A stretch of DNA of 50,324 nt, taken from assembly GCA_036833315.1 (NCBI GenBank), contig DAITPY010000008.1, forward strand, positions 1 through 50,324. The letters run 5' to 3'. Below the pieces are notes generated by a model. That model made no database searches. It was not told the origin of the DNA and saw only the letters and a program-made list of their open reading frames with translations. Shown piece by piece: positions 28,478-38,974 of this stretch; positions within the stretch are counted from its first letter, which is position 1; every line of letters starts with the position of its first letter. The position numbers and the translations under genes are program-made. Source of the stretch: Candidatus Dormiibacterota bacterium (GTDB lineage Bacteria > Chloroflexota > Dormibacteria > Aeolococcales > Aeolococcaceae).

Positions 28478-30796
28478 ATGCATACCGAGAGCGCCGCTCG
28501 GCGCTGGTTGCCGCTATTCGCGACGGTCGTTCTGCTCGGCATCACCGGGTGGCAGCTGGTCGATTCTCGCTTGCCGATCAGCCTGATAGTCGTCGAGATC
28601 GAGGTCGTCGGCGTCGCCGCGGTGATGCTCGAGATCACGATCCGGTTGCGCCATGTGGCACGGGTCGGCCCGTCGATTGCGGCCCTGATCCAGGGACTCA
28701 CCAGTGTCGCGCTGTGCACGCTGATCCTCGGGCTCTCTGCCCCGAGCCTCACGCACCCGATTCCGCTCATCGTCCTCGGCTTCGTCGCGGTCCTGCTGAC
28801 GGTGGATCCGTCGGCGCGCCCGGCTGCGCTCTGGACCATCCTGCTGGCGTCCTGCGCGGGGGTCGCCGGGGTCTGGTGGCGGGGCGGGTGGTACAGCCCG
28901 GACGGGATCAAGGAATTGATCCAGATCGATGCGCTCGTGATCGGGGTGGTGGTGCTCGCATATTCGAACTGGTCGCTCACCGACCGTCACTATCAGGCGC
29001 AGACGAGACGGCTTCGGGCCGTTGCCGACGTCGCCCGCCGGCTCGGGCTCACCACCGATTCCAGGGGCGTCGCCGCCGCCGTGCTCGGCGGCTGCCACGA
29101 GGCGTATCCAGACGCGACCTGGGGACGGATCATGCTGTTCGACACCGATTCGGGGGCGCTCGCGACCCTGCCGCTGATCCTCGGACCGGGTGGCGTGACC
29201 GCTGCGGCGGGTCCGCTCGTGACCATGGCGGCAGGGGAGGGTGTCATCGGCGGGGTGTACTCGACCGGCGAGGCATGCCTGCTGCGTACCCCACGAGAGA
29301 TCAAACAGGCGCACGCGAATCTTCCAGCGTCAGGGCTCGACGCGCTGGCGACCCTCGGTGGTGGGCGCCGCTCGCGAAGCTTCGTCGCGGCGCCGCTTCG
29401 CGCCGCCGGGGGGCGGGTGGTCGGCGTGCTCGTGCTCGTGTCGCACGCCCGCCGCGGAGCGTGGGACGTCGACGACCTGACAGTCGTCCAGGCCATCGCC
29501 GACGAGGCGGCGGTCGCGGTTGCGCGCGCCGGGCTCTTCGAGGAGAAGGCGATTCATGCCACCACCGATCCGCTCACCAAGGTCGGCAACCGCCGCGCCT
29601 TCGAGGAACGGCTCGGCGAGATGAGCGGGGCGACGGCCGTCGTCGCCATCGATGTCGACCATTTGAAGCCGATCAATGACGAATTCGGTCATGAGGCGGG
29701 GGACACGTTGCTGGTCGAGGTGGCGCGGACGCTGCGAGCGCAGCTGCGCGGCGGCGACCAGCTGCTTCGCATCGGCGGTGACGAGTTCGTGTCAATCATG
29801 GACTTAACAACCGAGGAGGAGGCGGTTGCGATCGCCGAGCGGATGCGGCTGTCGCTGCATGGGGTCGCATTGCCGCATGGGCGGGCACGCATCAGCGCGG
29901 GTGTCGCCGCAGGCGGCGGCGGGGTGCACGCGTTGTGGCTCGCCGCGGACGAGGCGTTGTCGAGGGCGAAGCATGGGGGTCGCGATCGCGTGGTGGTCGC
30001 GGGAGATCGCTCCCTGCCAAGCCTGATCCACGGGGGTGGTGACGCCAGCGCGATGCTCGACGCAATCCTCAGCAAGCGGCGGGTGATCCGCGCGACGTTC
30101 CAGCCGATCCTGCGTCTCAGCGATCACAAGGTCCTCGGCCACGAGGCGCTGGCGCGGGTGCCGGGCCTGCGAGATCCGCTCGACGGCGTGGAGGACGTCT
30201 TTGCCCTCGCACATCGGCGCGGGGTCACCAAGGAGGTCGACTGGATCTGCCGGCGGATCGCCATCGACGCGGCATCGGCGCTGCCCCCGTCCGATCCCCT
30301 ATTCCTCAATGTCTCAGCGGCGATGCTGCTGGATCCCCTGCATCCGGTGGACCACATGCTCCTGCTCGCGCGCTGGGCACAGCGGGATCCGGAGACGATG
30401 GTGCTGGAGATCACCGAGCGCGAGTCGATCGCCGACAAGCAGCGGCTGCGCTTCGTCCTGGCGAGCTATCGCGAGCACGGCTTCCAGTTCGCGCTCGACG
30501 ACATCGGCGAAGGACACTCCACGCTCGAGTTGCTTGCCGCCGCGGTCCCCGAGTTCGTCAAGGTTGCCAAGAGCATCACCCAGGACTGCGGCGAGCGCGG
30601 GCCCCGTGCGGTCATCGAGGCGACCGTCGCCTACGCTCGGAGCTCCGGCTCGTGCGTCATCGCCGAGGGCATCGAGGACGAGGCGACGGCAGATCAGCTG
30701 CAAGCGCTCGGCGTCACCGCCGGCCAAGGGTACTGGCTCGGCCGTCCCCAGGAGCCGCGGCTCGACGTCGAGGCGCGCGGCGAGGCGACAGCCTGA
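28478..30796 (+). CDS. Membrane GAF-GGDEF-EAL diguanylate cyclase/phosphodiesterase
   Basis: About 6 TM segments, GAF, DPLTKVGNRR, RIGGDEF, HEALAR, EITE, DDIGEGHS, EGIE, QGY. Confidence 0.94.
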   Translation: MHTESAARRWLPLFATVVLLGITGWQLVDSRLPISLIVVEIEVVGVAAVMLEITIRLRHVARVGPSIAALIQGLTSVALCTLILGLSAPSLTHPIPLIVLGFVAVLLTVDPSARPAALWTILLASCAGVAGVWWRGGWYSPDGIKELIQIDALVIGVVVLAYSNWSLTDRHYQAQTRRLRAVADVARRLGLTTDSRGVAAAVLGGCHEAYPDATWGRIMLFDTDSGALATLPLILGPGGVTAAAGPLVTMAAGEGVIGGVYSTGEACLLRTPREIKQAHANLPASGLDALATLGGGRRSRSFVAAPLRAAGGRVVGVLVLVSHARRGAWDVDDLTVVQAIADEAAVAVARAGLFEEKAIHATTDPLTKVGNRRAFEERLGEMSGATAVVAIDVDHLKPINDEFGHEAGDTLLVEVARTLRAQLRGGDQLLRIGGDEFVSIMDLTTEEEAVAIAERMRLSLHGVALPHGRARISAGVAAGGGGVHALWLAADEALSRAKHGGRDRVVVAGDRSLPSLIHGGGDASAMLDAILSKRRVIRATFQPILRLSDHKVLGHEALARVPGLRDPLDGVEDVFALAHRRGVTKEVDWICRRIAIDAASALPPSDPLFLNVSAAMLLDPLHPVDHMLLLARWAQRDPETMVLEITERESIADKQRLRFVLASYREHGFQFALDDIGEGHSTLELLAAAVPEFVKVAKSITQDCGERGPRAVIEATVAYARSSGSCVIAEGIEDEATADQLQALGVTAGQGYWLGRPQEPRLDVEARGEATA

Positions 30797-30803
30797 CCCG
30801 GTC

Positions 30804-32114
30804 TCAGCCAGGCGTGGTGGCGCCGGCAAGCACCCAGGTGGATCCCCCCGGCGCGTCGCGCACCTCCACCCCGGCCTCGACGAGCACGTCGCGCAGCCGG
30901 TCGGCGACCCCGTACTCGCCCGCGGCTCTCATCTGGACTCGCAACTCGAGAATGCCGTCGACCACCGGGGCGATCAGGTCGCGCGGATCGGCGGCGCCGT
31001 TGCGAGCGAGGTCGCCGAGGCGCACCACGTAGCGCCGGAGGGTCTCGCGCGCCCGGTCCTGCTCGTCCGAGTCGAGCGTGTCCGAGGACCAGTCGTGCAT
31101 CTGGGTGTCGATGGCGAGCACCGCGCTCACGGCCGCATCGACATCGCGTGCGGCGAGTGCGCTGTCCGCGGCGGCGGACTGGTCGCCGACCTCCTGCAGG
31201 AAGGGCGACACCCCCGCCGGAGGTGGCGCGAGCTCTGTTGCGAGACTGGCGCTCTCGCCGGCGGCCGTCGCCGCACTGCGCCCGTCGCTGGCTGCAACGC
31301 CGTCCCCGGCGAGATCGCTCACCGGCAGCGTCGTTCCGTGCTCGAACCGCTGGGATCGTCCCCGCCGCCGCAGGGTGAGACCCCCGCGCCCGCGGATCGA
31401 GACGGTCGCAGCGTCGAGATCGAAGATCGCCGCAGTGTGCTCGTCGACGCCGAGGATGTCGACTCCGTCGGGCAGCAGCTCCTCGAGGATGCGCAGGCGG
31501 CGCTCACCCATGTAGCAGTAGCGGGTGTCGTGGGTGCCGCCCTCGGCGTTGTTGTAATGGGGCACGACCGCCGCGCGCAGCCCGGTGGCGCTGAGCAGGT
31601 CGAGCCCCTCGAGCCATCGCGGTTCCTCGCCGACCTTGTAGACCTCGTACACCGGGAGGGCGTACATGCCAATGCCAACCGCGGCCGCGCTGGCGAGGGT
31701 CACGCATCCGCCGTCACGCAGCTTCGCGGCGAGCAGGTCCGGGACGGCGGTGCCGAGCCATTGCCGCAGCGCGTAGCTCGGACTTCCCGGGCCGGCGAAC
31801 ACATAGCGCGCCTCGGCGACTCGCGCGAGCATCGTCTCGTACTCGAGCGCCGTCGCTGCCTCGCGGTTCCGGAACGACGCAACGCTGATCGGAAAGCCGA
31901 CCCGGTCGCGAAAGAACGCGACGGTGCGCTCGCTGATGTCTTCGGCGTTCTCCTGGAACCCGAAGGGCGTATCGAGGAGCACGGCGGGCACCGGTCGTGG
32001 CCCCAGTCTGGTGAGCAGGTCGGCGTGGACCGACACCATCGTCGGTGTCGTCTCCCCCGAGCCCATCACGCAGAGCAGGCGGGGCAGTTGCGCGGCGCCG
32101 GCGATTGCCTCCAT
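30804..32114 (-). CDS. Peptidase S51/cyanophycinase-like hydrolase fused to a CysRS-type C-terminal anticodon-binding domain
   Basis: GSGE, ASAAA (Ser), VPHYNN (His), GVDEHTA; C-terminus LRVQMRAAGEYGVADRLRDVLVEAGVEVRDAPGGSTW. Confidence 0.75.
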   Translation of the reverse strand: MEAIAGAAQLPRLLCVMGSGETTPTMVSVHADLLTRLGPRPVPAVLLDTPFGFQENAEDISERTVAFFRDRVGFPISVASFRNREAATALEYETMLARVAEARYVFAGPGSPSYALRQWLGTAVPDLLAAKLRDGGCVTLASAAAVGIGMYALPVYEVYKVGEEPRWLEGLDLLSATGLRAAVVPHYNNAEGGTHDTRYCYMGERRLRILEELLPDGVDILGVDEHTAAIFDLDAATVSIRGRGGLTLRRRGRSQRFEHGTTLPVSDLAGDGVAASDGRSAATAAGESASLATELAPPPAGVSPFLQEVGDQSAAADSALAARDVDAAVSAVLAIDTQMHDWSSDTLDSDEQDRARETLRRYVVRLGDLARNGAADPRDLIAPVVDGILELRVQMRAAGEYGVADRLRDVLVEAGVEVRDAPGGSTWVLAGATTPG

Positions 32115-32160
32115 GTCTCGATCCTACGGTGTCCCGGCTCGTGACAGGATCACTGCGAAG

Positions 32161-33261
<1,101 letters not shown>

Positions 33262-33283
33262 CCCGAGGGCTCAGCGCAAGAGC

Positions 33284-33637
33284 TCAGCGGAACAGCAGGA
33301 CCGCGGCGCCCGCGCCGATGACCAGCGGAGCGCCCACGCACGCCGCGAGCAGCGACACCGAGTCCGGCTCACGAGGCCACCACGACGGGGGAAGTGCTCG
33401 GTTGATCGGGACTCGCGCGCCGCGAAGCCGGGCGTTGCCGCCGAAGAGCGTGAATCCCGCGACGCACGCCAGCGCGACCAGCAGGGCCGTCTCGGCGAGG
33501 AGCCCGGCGGCGCCGTTGGCGCCGATGCTGTGCAGCCAGGCCGTGAGCACGAACGTGACCAGGCCCAGTCCGACGCCGCAGGTGGCGGCCAGCAGCGTGG
33601 TCGGGAACGAGGTCCGCGGGAGGCTCGGGGGTCGCAT
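33284..33637 (-). CDS. Hypothetical membrane protein (about 3 TM)
   Basis: Three hydrophobic segments; start ATG 33637 is tentative. Confidence 0.55.
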   Translation of the reverse strand: MRPPSLPRTSFPTTLLAATCGVGLGLVTFVLTAWLHSIGANGAAGLLAETALLVALACVAGFTLFGGNARLRGARVPINRALPPSWWPREPDSVSLLAACVGAPLVIGAGAAVLLFR

Positions 33638-33719
33638 GGCTTTCGAGAGGCAGCGTAGCACTCGAGCGCGGCCGGTACCAGTTGACACGCTCGGGACTCC
33701 GCTGTGACGAAACCGTTAC

Positions 33720-33777
33720 GGCGACCGGCCAAGCCTTGACGGCAGCGATCGTGTGTGCCTACGCTGCGTCGGTCGCC
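33720..33777 (+). other. Candidate structured 5' leader (nested hairpin) of the LysM-transglycosylase gene
   Basis: GGCGACCG(33720-27) pairs with CGGTCGCC(33770-77), enclosing GCAGCG(33742-47)/CGCTGC(33762-67); TTGACA at 33682. Confidence 0.35.
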
Positions 33778-33830
33778 AGCGGGCGCCCGGTTCCCCTTCT
33801 CTCCCAACGTCTCACCACACGAGGAACTCG

Positions 33831-34631
33831 ATGCCGACCAAGTCCCGTCTTGCCGCCGCTGCGCTCGGCGCCACGGCTGTCGCGACCATTCCCGCCGCGG
33901 TCTTCGCGAGCTCCTACATCGTTCGGCCGGGCGACACCGCGTCCGATATCGCGGTGCGTCACGGCACCACCGTCGCCGCCCTGCTCGACGCCAACCGGAT
34001 GGCCGCGCCCGAACTCATCAGGGTCGGTCAGATGCTCCAGATCCCGGATGCGTCGATGACGCTACCGGCGTACACGCGCGGCGCCGCGGACTCGGAGACG
34101 CATCGTGTGGGCCGCGGCGAGGGCGTCTTCGAGATAGCCCGGCGCTTCGGCGTCGACCCGACCGCGCTGGCGAGAACCAACGGGATCGGCGTCAATGCGC
34201 CCATCGCCGAGGGCGACGAGCTGGTCGTGCCCGGCCGCTTGTCGCGCATGAACGCGCTGGTCAGCTACGTCGCGAGCGATGTCGGTGTCGACGCCCGGCT
34301 GCTGCGCTCGGTGGCCTGGGCGGAGTCGCAGTGGTACCAGGAGCGGGTCTCGCCGACCGGCGCGGTGGGCATCATGCAGATCGAGCCGTTCACCGGTGAG
34401 TGGGTCTCGCGGCACATCGCTGGCACCCAGCTCGACATCTGGCGCGCGCAGGACAACGTGACGGCCGGGGCGATGCTCCTCCGCCATCTCATGACCAAGC
34501 ACGAGGCGGATGTCGCGGCCTCGCTCGCCGGCTATTACCAGGGCGATGCGAGCGTGGCGACGCACGGTGTGTATGACGACACCCGTCGGTATCAGCACGA
34601 GGTCCAGGCGCTGATCGTTCAGGACGTCTGA
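33831..34631 (+). CDS. Secreted LysM-LysM-lytic transglycosylase (SLT)
   Basis: Signal peptide, YIVRPGDT and HRVGRGEG LysM repeats, AWAES catalytic Glu, GIMQI, AGYYQG. Confidence 0.92.
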   Translation: MPTKSRLAAAALGATAVATIPAAVFASSYIVRPGDTASDIAVRHGTTVAALLDANRMAAPELIRVGQMLQIPDASMTLPAYTRGAADSETHRVGRGEGVFEIARRFGVDPTALARTNGIGVNAPIAEGDELVVPGRLSRMNALVSYVASDVGVDARLLRSVAWAESQWYQERVSPTGAVGIMQIEPFTGEWVSRHIAGTQLDIWRAQDNVTAGAMLLRHLMTKHEADVAASLAGYYQGDASVATHGVYDDTRRYQHEVQALIVQDV

Positions 34632-35554
34632 GGCGTCGGAGCGGGCCAGCCCGCGACCCGAACGACCACGCCGTCGCCATCGACGAGCCGCGCGGGCATC
34701 CCTGCCGACTCGAGCCACGCCGGGGCCGCCGCGCCCCTGACGATCGCGCCCGTGGCAGCGATATTGGCGTCCACGCAGCTTCCGGCGACCACGCTCACGG
34801 TCCGCCATGGGCCCGCGGCGGGGAGGCCGGTGGCGGGATCGATGATGTGATGCAGCTCCACCCCGCCGCGGCGCCAGCGCCGTACCGTCGTGCTCGAGGT
34901 GGCGACGCCGCCTGAGCGGATGGCGATGGTCTCGCCGTGGGGCGTGATCTCAGCGCGGCTGTCCTCGGCGATCTGCACGTGCCACCCCTCCTCCGGCGGC
35001 GCGCCCGCGACCGCCACGTCGCCGCCGAGACTGACCAGAACGCCGCTGCCGCCGATGACCTTCTCTGCGGCGCCGGCGGCGAGGTCGGCGGCCAGTGCTT
35101 TCGCCGTGGCGCCGAGGTCGACCTCGACGCCGTCGGGGATCTCGACGCGTCGCGAGGCCGGGTAGAACCGGATCTGGCGCCATCCCGGCACCGGGTGCAC
35201 GATCAGCGGGATCGGCGCGCCGTCCGGCGCGAGCGAGCCGAAGTCGACGGTGTACCCGGCGCTTCGCACCGCCGCGCCGACGGTCGGGTCGACCGCACCG
35301 TCGGTGAGCTCGGCGGCGCGGAGCGCGGTGGCGAGCGCCTGCGCGAGCACCGGCGAGACGATCGCCTCGCGGGGACCGGTGCCCGCGAGCAGGCGGCTGA
35401 GCTCGCTGTCTTGGCGGAACCGGCTGCAGGTGCGGTCTATCGATTCGACCACTTCCTCGACCGAGGCGATCGCTGCGTCCAGGCGCGCCGGATCGGTGAC
35501 GACCACGTGCATGGACGTCCCGAAGGCGGTGCCTCGATGCGCGGTCAGGGTCAT
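34619..35554 (-). CDS. apbE: FAD:protein FMN transferase (ApbE family)
   Basis: CSRFRQDSELS, VDPTVG, DLGATAKA, SLGGD, VATS, HHIIDPATG, ANIAAT. Confidence 0.93.
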   Translation of the reverse strand: MTLTAHRGTAFGTSMHVVVTDPARLDAAIASVEEVVESIDRTCSRFRQDSELSRLLAGTGPREAIVSPVLAQALATALRAAELTDGAVDPTVGAAVRSAGYTVDFGSLAPDGAPIPLIVHPVPGWRQIRFYPASRRVEIPDGVEVDLGATAKALAADLAAGAAEKVIGGSGVLVSLGGDVAVAGAPPEEGWHVQIAEDSRAEITPHGETIAIRSGGVATSSTTVRRWRRGGVELHHIIDPATGLPAAGPWRTVSVVAGSCVDANIAATGAIVRGAAAPAWLESAGMPARLVDGDGVVVRVAGWPAPTPQTS

Positions 35555-35844
35555 GATCCGCCAGTCACGGTACTGGCTGACGACGAGCTCCCGGTGCTCG
35601 CCGACCCGGTGGACAGCGATGACGAGCTGCTCGATGTCGGCGACGGAGTCGCGGTGCCCGACGACGATGTTGTCGTCGAGGAGGTCGACGTCGTGGGAGT
35701 CCCGGCTTGGGTGTGCGCAGCCGCCACCGCGAGCACCGCGACCGCAACCGTGCCGAACACGCCCGCCGTGGCGGTGAGCCTGCCGCGCAGCCGGAGCGCG
35801 CTGTCGCGCTCGGCCGGCGTGATGCGGCGCTTGGGAGCGGCCAT
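35551..35844 (-). CDS. Small membrane-anchored Ser/Thr-rich protein ending in TGGS (probable flavinylation substrate)
   Basis: 97 aa: hydrophobic anchor, S/T tract, C-terminal VTGGS; start and stop overlap both neighbours. Confidence 0.75.
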   Translation of the reverse strand: MAAPKRRITPAERDSALRLRGRLTATAGVFGTVAVAVLAVAAAHTQAGTPTTSTSSTTTSSSGTATPSPTSSSSSSLSTGSASTGSSSSASTVTGGS

Positions 35845-36629
35845 CAGCGTGGGCCCTGGGCGTGCGCGGCCGCCGCCCGTCGCGGGGCGCGGAATCCTGA
35901 CGACACTTCGCGCCGCATGCGCAGCACGCCGCGGAGGTCGGTCATCACCGTGCTGGGGATGTCGACCCGTGAGTCGCGATCTTCGATCCAGCGTACCGGT
36001 ACCTCGCGGATGCGCAGGCCCGCACGCTGGCCGAGCACCAGCAACTCCGTGTCGAAGAACCAACCCTCGTCGCGGACCATTGGCAAGAGCGTCCGCGCGA
36101 TGTCGCTGCGCATCGCTTTGTAACCGCACTGCGCGTCTCGAAATCGCGCGTGGAGCGCCGCTCGCAGGAGGAGGTTGTAGCCGCGCGAGATGCACTCACG
36201 CTGCAGGCTTCGGGTGACGTGCGCACCGCGGGCGAGGCGGCTGCCTATGGCGATGTCCGCCTGTCCGCTGACGACCGGCTCGAGCAGCGCAGGCAGCGCC
36301 GCGAGGTCGGTCGAAAGATCGACATCCATGTAGGCGACGATGGCGGCGTCACTTGCCAGCCACGCGGTGCGCAGCGCACGACCGCGACCCTTCTCCGCGA
36401 CATGGATGCAGCGCACGTTGTCGAGATCGCGCGCGAGGCGTGCGCCGATCAGTCGCGTCGAGTCGTCGCTGCCGTTGTCGACGATGGTGATGCGCGATGG
36501 GAATCGAATGCTCGAGGTGAGGTGGACGTGCAGCGCACGCACGCTCGCCTCGAGGTCGCGTTCTTCGTTGTATACCGGAATCGCGATATCCACCATGGGT
36601 GTCCTCGCGGCCGGCATGTGATCGTTCAT
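35844..36629 (-). CDS. GT2 glycosyltransferase (polyprenol/dolichyl-phosphate glycosyltransferase-like)
   Basis: IPVYNEE, VDNGSDD, KGRG, YMDVDLS, DAQCGYKA, WFFDTELL. Confidence 0.92.
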   Translation of the reverse strand: MNDHMPAARTPMVDIAIPVYNEERDLEASVRALHVHLTSSIRFPSRITIVDNGSDDSTRLIGARLARDLDNVRCIHVAEKGRGRALRTAWLASDAAIVAYMDVDLSTDLAALPALLEPVVSGQADIAIGSRLARGAHVTRSLQRECISRGYNLLLRAALHARFRDAQCGYKAMRSDIARTLLPMVRDEGWFFDTELLVLGQRAGLRIREVPVRWIEDRDSRVDIPSTVMTDLRGVLRMRREVSSGFRAPRRAAAAHAQGPR

Positions 36630-36663
36630 GTCGATCAGCCTGAGACACGCGTCTTGGCCCTCG

Positions 36664-36691
36664 CCGCGAGGATGCTGGGAGGCTGCTGAGA
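36664..36691 (-). promoter_or_regulatory. OmpR/MprA-type direct-repeat boxes upstream of the GT2 operon
   Basis: Minus strand: TCTCAG-N5-TCCCAG-N5-TCGCGG (11-bp period). Confidence 0.65.
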
Positions 36692-36711
36692 GTCAGGGCT
36701 TCCGAGCGGAG

Positions 36712-36756
36712 TCCCAGGATTCTCCCGCGTATTTCTCAGCCGGCGGTCCATAGACT
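36712..36756 (+). promoter_or_regulatory. OmpR/MprA-type direct-repeat boxes and -10 of the yceI-like gene
   Basis: TCCCAG(36712)-N5-TCCCGC(36723)-N5-TCTCAG(36734), then TAGACT at 36751. Confidence 0.7.
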
Positions 36757-36777
36757 CGAAAGAAACAAGGAGCTGAC

Positions 36778-37518
36778 ATGCCGGATTCGCGGCGCTTGTT
36801 TCCTCACCCCCGCAGCAGCAGGGGCTGGATCCTCACCACCCTCGCCGGCGTCGTCGCGGTCGGTGTGGCCGGCCTGCTGCTCGTGTATTTCGTCCTCTTC
36901 AGTCATTCGGCTCCCGCGCCGCTGGCGTTGACATCGCCGTCTGCCGCCGCGGCGACTCCCGCGTTGACCGTGACCGAGATCCCCGGCACGTGGACAGTCG
37001 CGTCCAACTCCGTTGCCGGCTATCGCGTGCGCGAACAGCTCGCCTTCGTCCAGGCGCCGAGCGATGCGGTCGGCCGGACCTCGCAGATCACCGGCAGCGT
37101 GACCATCACCGGGCCGGCGGCCGCGCTGTCAGTGACCGCGGCGACCTTCACGGTCAACGTGCAGTCACTGACCAGTGACCAGCAGATGCGCGACAACCGG
37201 CTCCAGACCATGGGCCTCGAGAGCTCGCGATACCCGAACGCCACCTTCGTGCTGTCGTCCCCGGTCCCGCTCCCGGCGAGTGCAGCGTCGGGCGCCGAGA
37301 TCCATGTCTCGCTGACCGGCGCGCTGACCATCCACGGGACTACCAAAACCGAGACGATTCCCGTGCAGGCGCGGATCTCCGGCTCACAGATCGAAGTGGT
37401 CGGCTCGATCACGTTTCCCTGGGGTGACTTCAATATGCAGACACCCAACGTGGCCGGCTTTGTCACGGTCGACGGCACCGCGACGATGGAGTTCGATCTG
37501 TTCCTCAAGCGCGGCTGA
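36778..37518 (+). CDS. Membrane-anchored YceI-family protein
   Basis: SVAGYRVREQL, SLTSDQQMRDNRL, YPNATF, LTIHGTTK; SD AAGGAG. Confidence 0.88.
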   Translation: MPDSRRLFPHPRSSRGWILTTLAGVVAVGVAGLLLVYFVLFSHSAPAPLALTSPSAAAATPALTVTEIPGTWTVASNSVAGYRVREQLAFVQAPSDAVGRTSQITGSVTITGPAAALSVTAATFTVNVQSLTSDQQMRDNRLQTMGLESSRYPNATFVLSSPVPLPASAASGAEIHVSLTGALTIHGTTKTETIPVQARISGSQIEVVGSITFPWGDFNMQTPNVAGFVTVDGTATMEFDLFLKRG

Positions 37519-37532
37519 CGGGCCGGCGCCGG

Positions 37533-37751
37533 TCAGCGACGGGCCGCGAGAGCCTGCAGGCGAAGCGCGAGCGTGGGGCAGTCCGAGACGGCCCGGCGCG
37601 CGTGGGGCAGTGCTGCAGCGGGGATCGCGCCGGATCGAACGATCGGGTAACCCCAGTCGTCGAGCTCGATCATCTCGGGCAGCAGGTCCGCGCACACACC
37701 GTGGCCGTCGCACTTGATTCGGTCGACCGCGATGGTGAGACGCCCGCTCAT
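37533..37751 (-). CDS. Single-cluster ferredoxin
   Basis: CDGHGVC...DCPTLAL; ATG 37751 overlaps the upstream TGA. Confidence 0.9.
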   Translation of the reverse strand: MSGRLTIAVDRIKCDGHGVCADLLPEMIELDDWGYPIVRSGAIPAAALPHARRAVSDCPTLALRLQALAARR

Positions 37752-38974
37752 GACGCGACCGCCATCGCACCTGCCGCGGTGCAGCGGCGCTCGTGATCGT
37801 GACGTCGAAACTCGTCCGCGAAGACGCGCAGCGCAGACCCCAGCAGACCGGCGGCTCCATCCGGATGCCTGCACGCCCCGCGGCCGGTGAGGAGTCCCGC
37901 CCAGCGCTGGATGTGTTCGAGGTCGCCGTCACTCGAGGTCAGTGCTGCGATGCGTCCAGTGGCTGCGGCGATCGCGCGCAGGCCAAAGGTGCATGGACCG
38001 CACTGGCGCGCGCTTTCGTGCGCGAGATACGCGAGGATCTTGGCAGTCTCGACGACGCCGCATCGCTCCGCTGGGAGCACCGCGACGACCCCGCAGCCGA
38101 GCGAGTACCCCTGCGCGCGCAGGCGATCGGCGTCGATGAGCAGACCCCAGGCCTGCGACGACTCGACCCAACCACCGAAATATCCGCCGAGCAGCACGGC
38201 ATCGCTCGCCGCAGTGAGCCCGCCGGCGGCGTTCACCGCATCGGCGACCGTCGTTCCCTGAGGAACCTCGACCAGCATGGTCTGCGGCACCGCACCGCCG
38301 ACTGTGACCAGCGTCGTCCCGCATGCGCCGCCGACTCCGAGCGAGCGGTACCAGCCATCGCCGAAACGCGCGATCAGTCCGGCGTGGGCCAGCGTCTCGA
38401 CGTTCTGGACCAGCGTCGGGCGACCGTCGATGCCGCGCTCGAACGGTCGGGGCGGGATCGACGTCGGCAGCGCGACGCCTGTGTTCACGAAGTGGACCGC
38501 CGCGGTCTCCTCGCCGGAGACGTAGCGCACCGGCGCGCTCACCACGCGGAGCAGGTCGCGCTCCTTCCGGGGGCGCTCGGCGGCCGCATGCTGCATCGCG
38601 CGAATGGCACCGGTGTGCTCGGCGCCGACGTAGAGCACGATCTCACGGGCGCCGACCGCACCGGCCGCAAGCAGGGCACCGTCGATGACGAGGTGGGGAC
38701 GCTGTTCCATGAGCACGCGGTCCTTCCGGCTCAGCGGCTCGCCCTCGCCGCCGTTGGCGAGCACGACAGGAGTAGCGGACCGCTGCGACGCGACCGCGCG
38801 CCACTTGGTCGCAACCGGGAACCCGGCTCCGCCCTTGCCGCGCAGCTCGCACCGCTCGATGACGTCGATGAGCGCCCGCGTCCCGACCGGTACCGGTCCG
38901 AGGCGCTGCAGGTGCGCCGCGTACCCCTCCATCCCGTCAGCGGCCGGCGGCCCCGCGAGCACGGCGAGGCTCAC
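37748..38974 (-). CDS. NuoF-like FMN/[4Fe-4S] oxidoreductase
   Basis: LRGKGGAGFP, NGGEGEP..KD, YVSGEETA, NVETL, ESARQCGPC, GACRHPD. Confidence 0.92.
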   Translation of the reverse strand: MSLAVLAGPPAADGMEGYAAHLQRLGPVPVGTRALIDVIERCELRGKGGAGFPVATKWRAVASQRSATPVVLANGGEGEPLSRKDRVLMEQRPHLVIDGALLAAGAVGAREIVLYVGAEHTGAIRAMQHAAAERPRKERDLLRVVSAPVRYVSGEETAAVHFVNTGVALPTSIPPRPFERGIDGRPTLVQNVETLAHAGLIARFGDGWYRSLGVGGACGTTLVTVGGAVPQTMLVEVPQGTTVADAVNAAGGLTAASDAVLLGGYFGGWVESSQAWGLLIDADRLRAQGYSLGCGVVAVLPAERCGVVETAKILAYLAHESARQCGPCTFGLRAIAAATGRIAALTSSDGDLEHIQRWAGLLTGRGACRHPDGAAGLLGSALRVFADEFRRHDHERRCTAAGAMAVAS

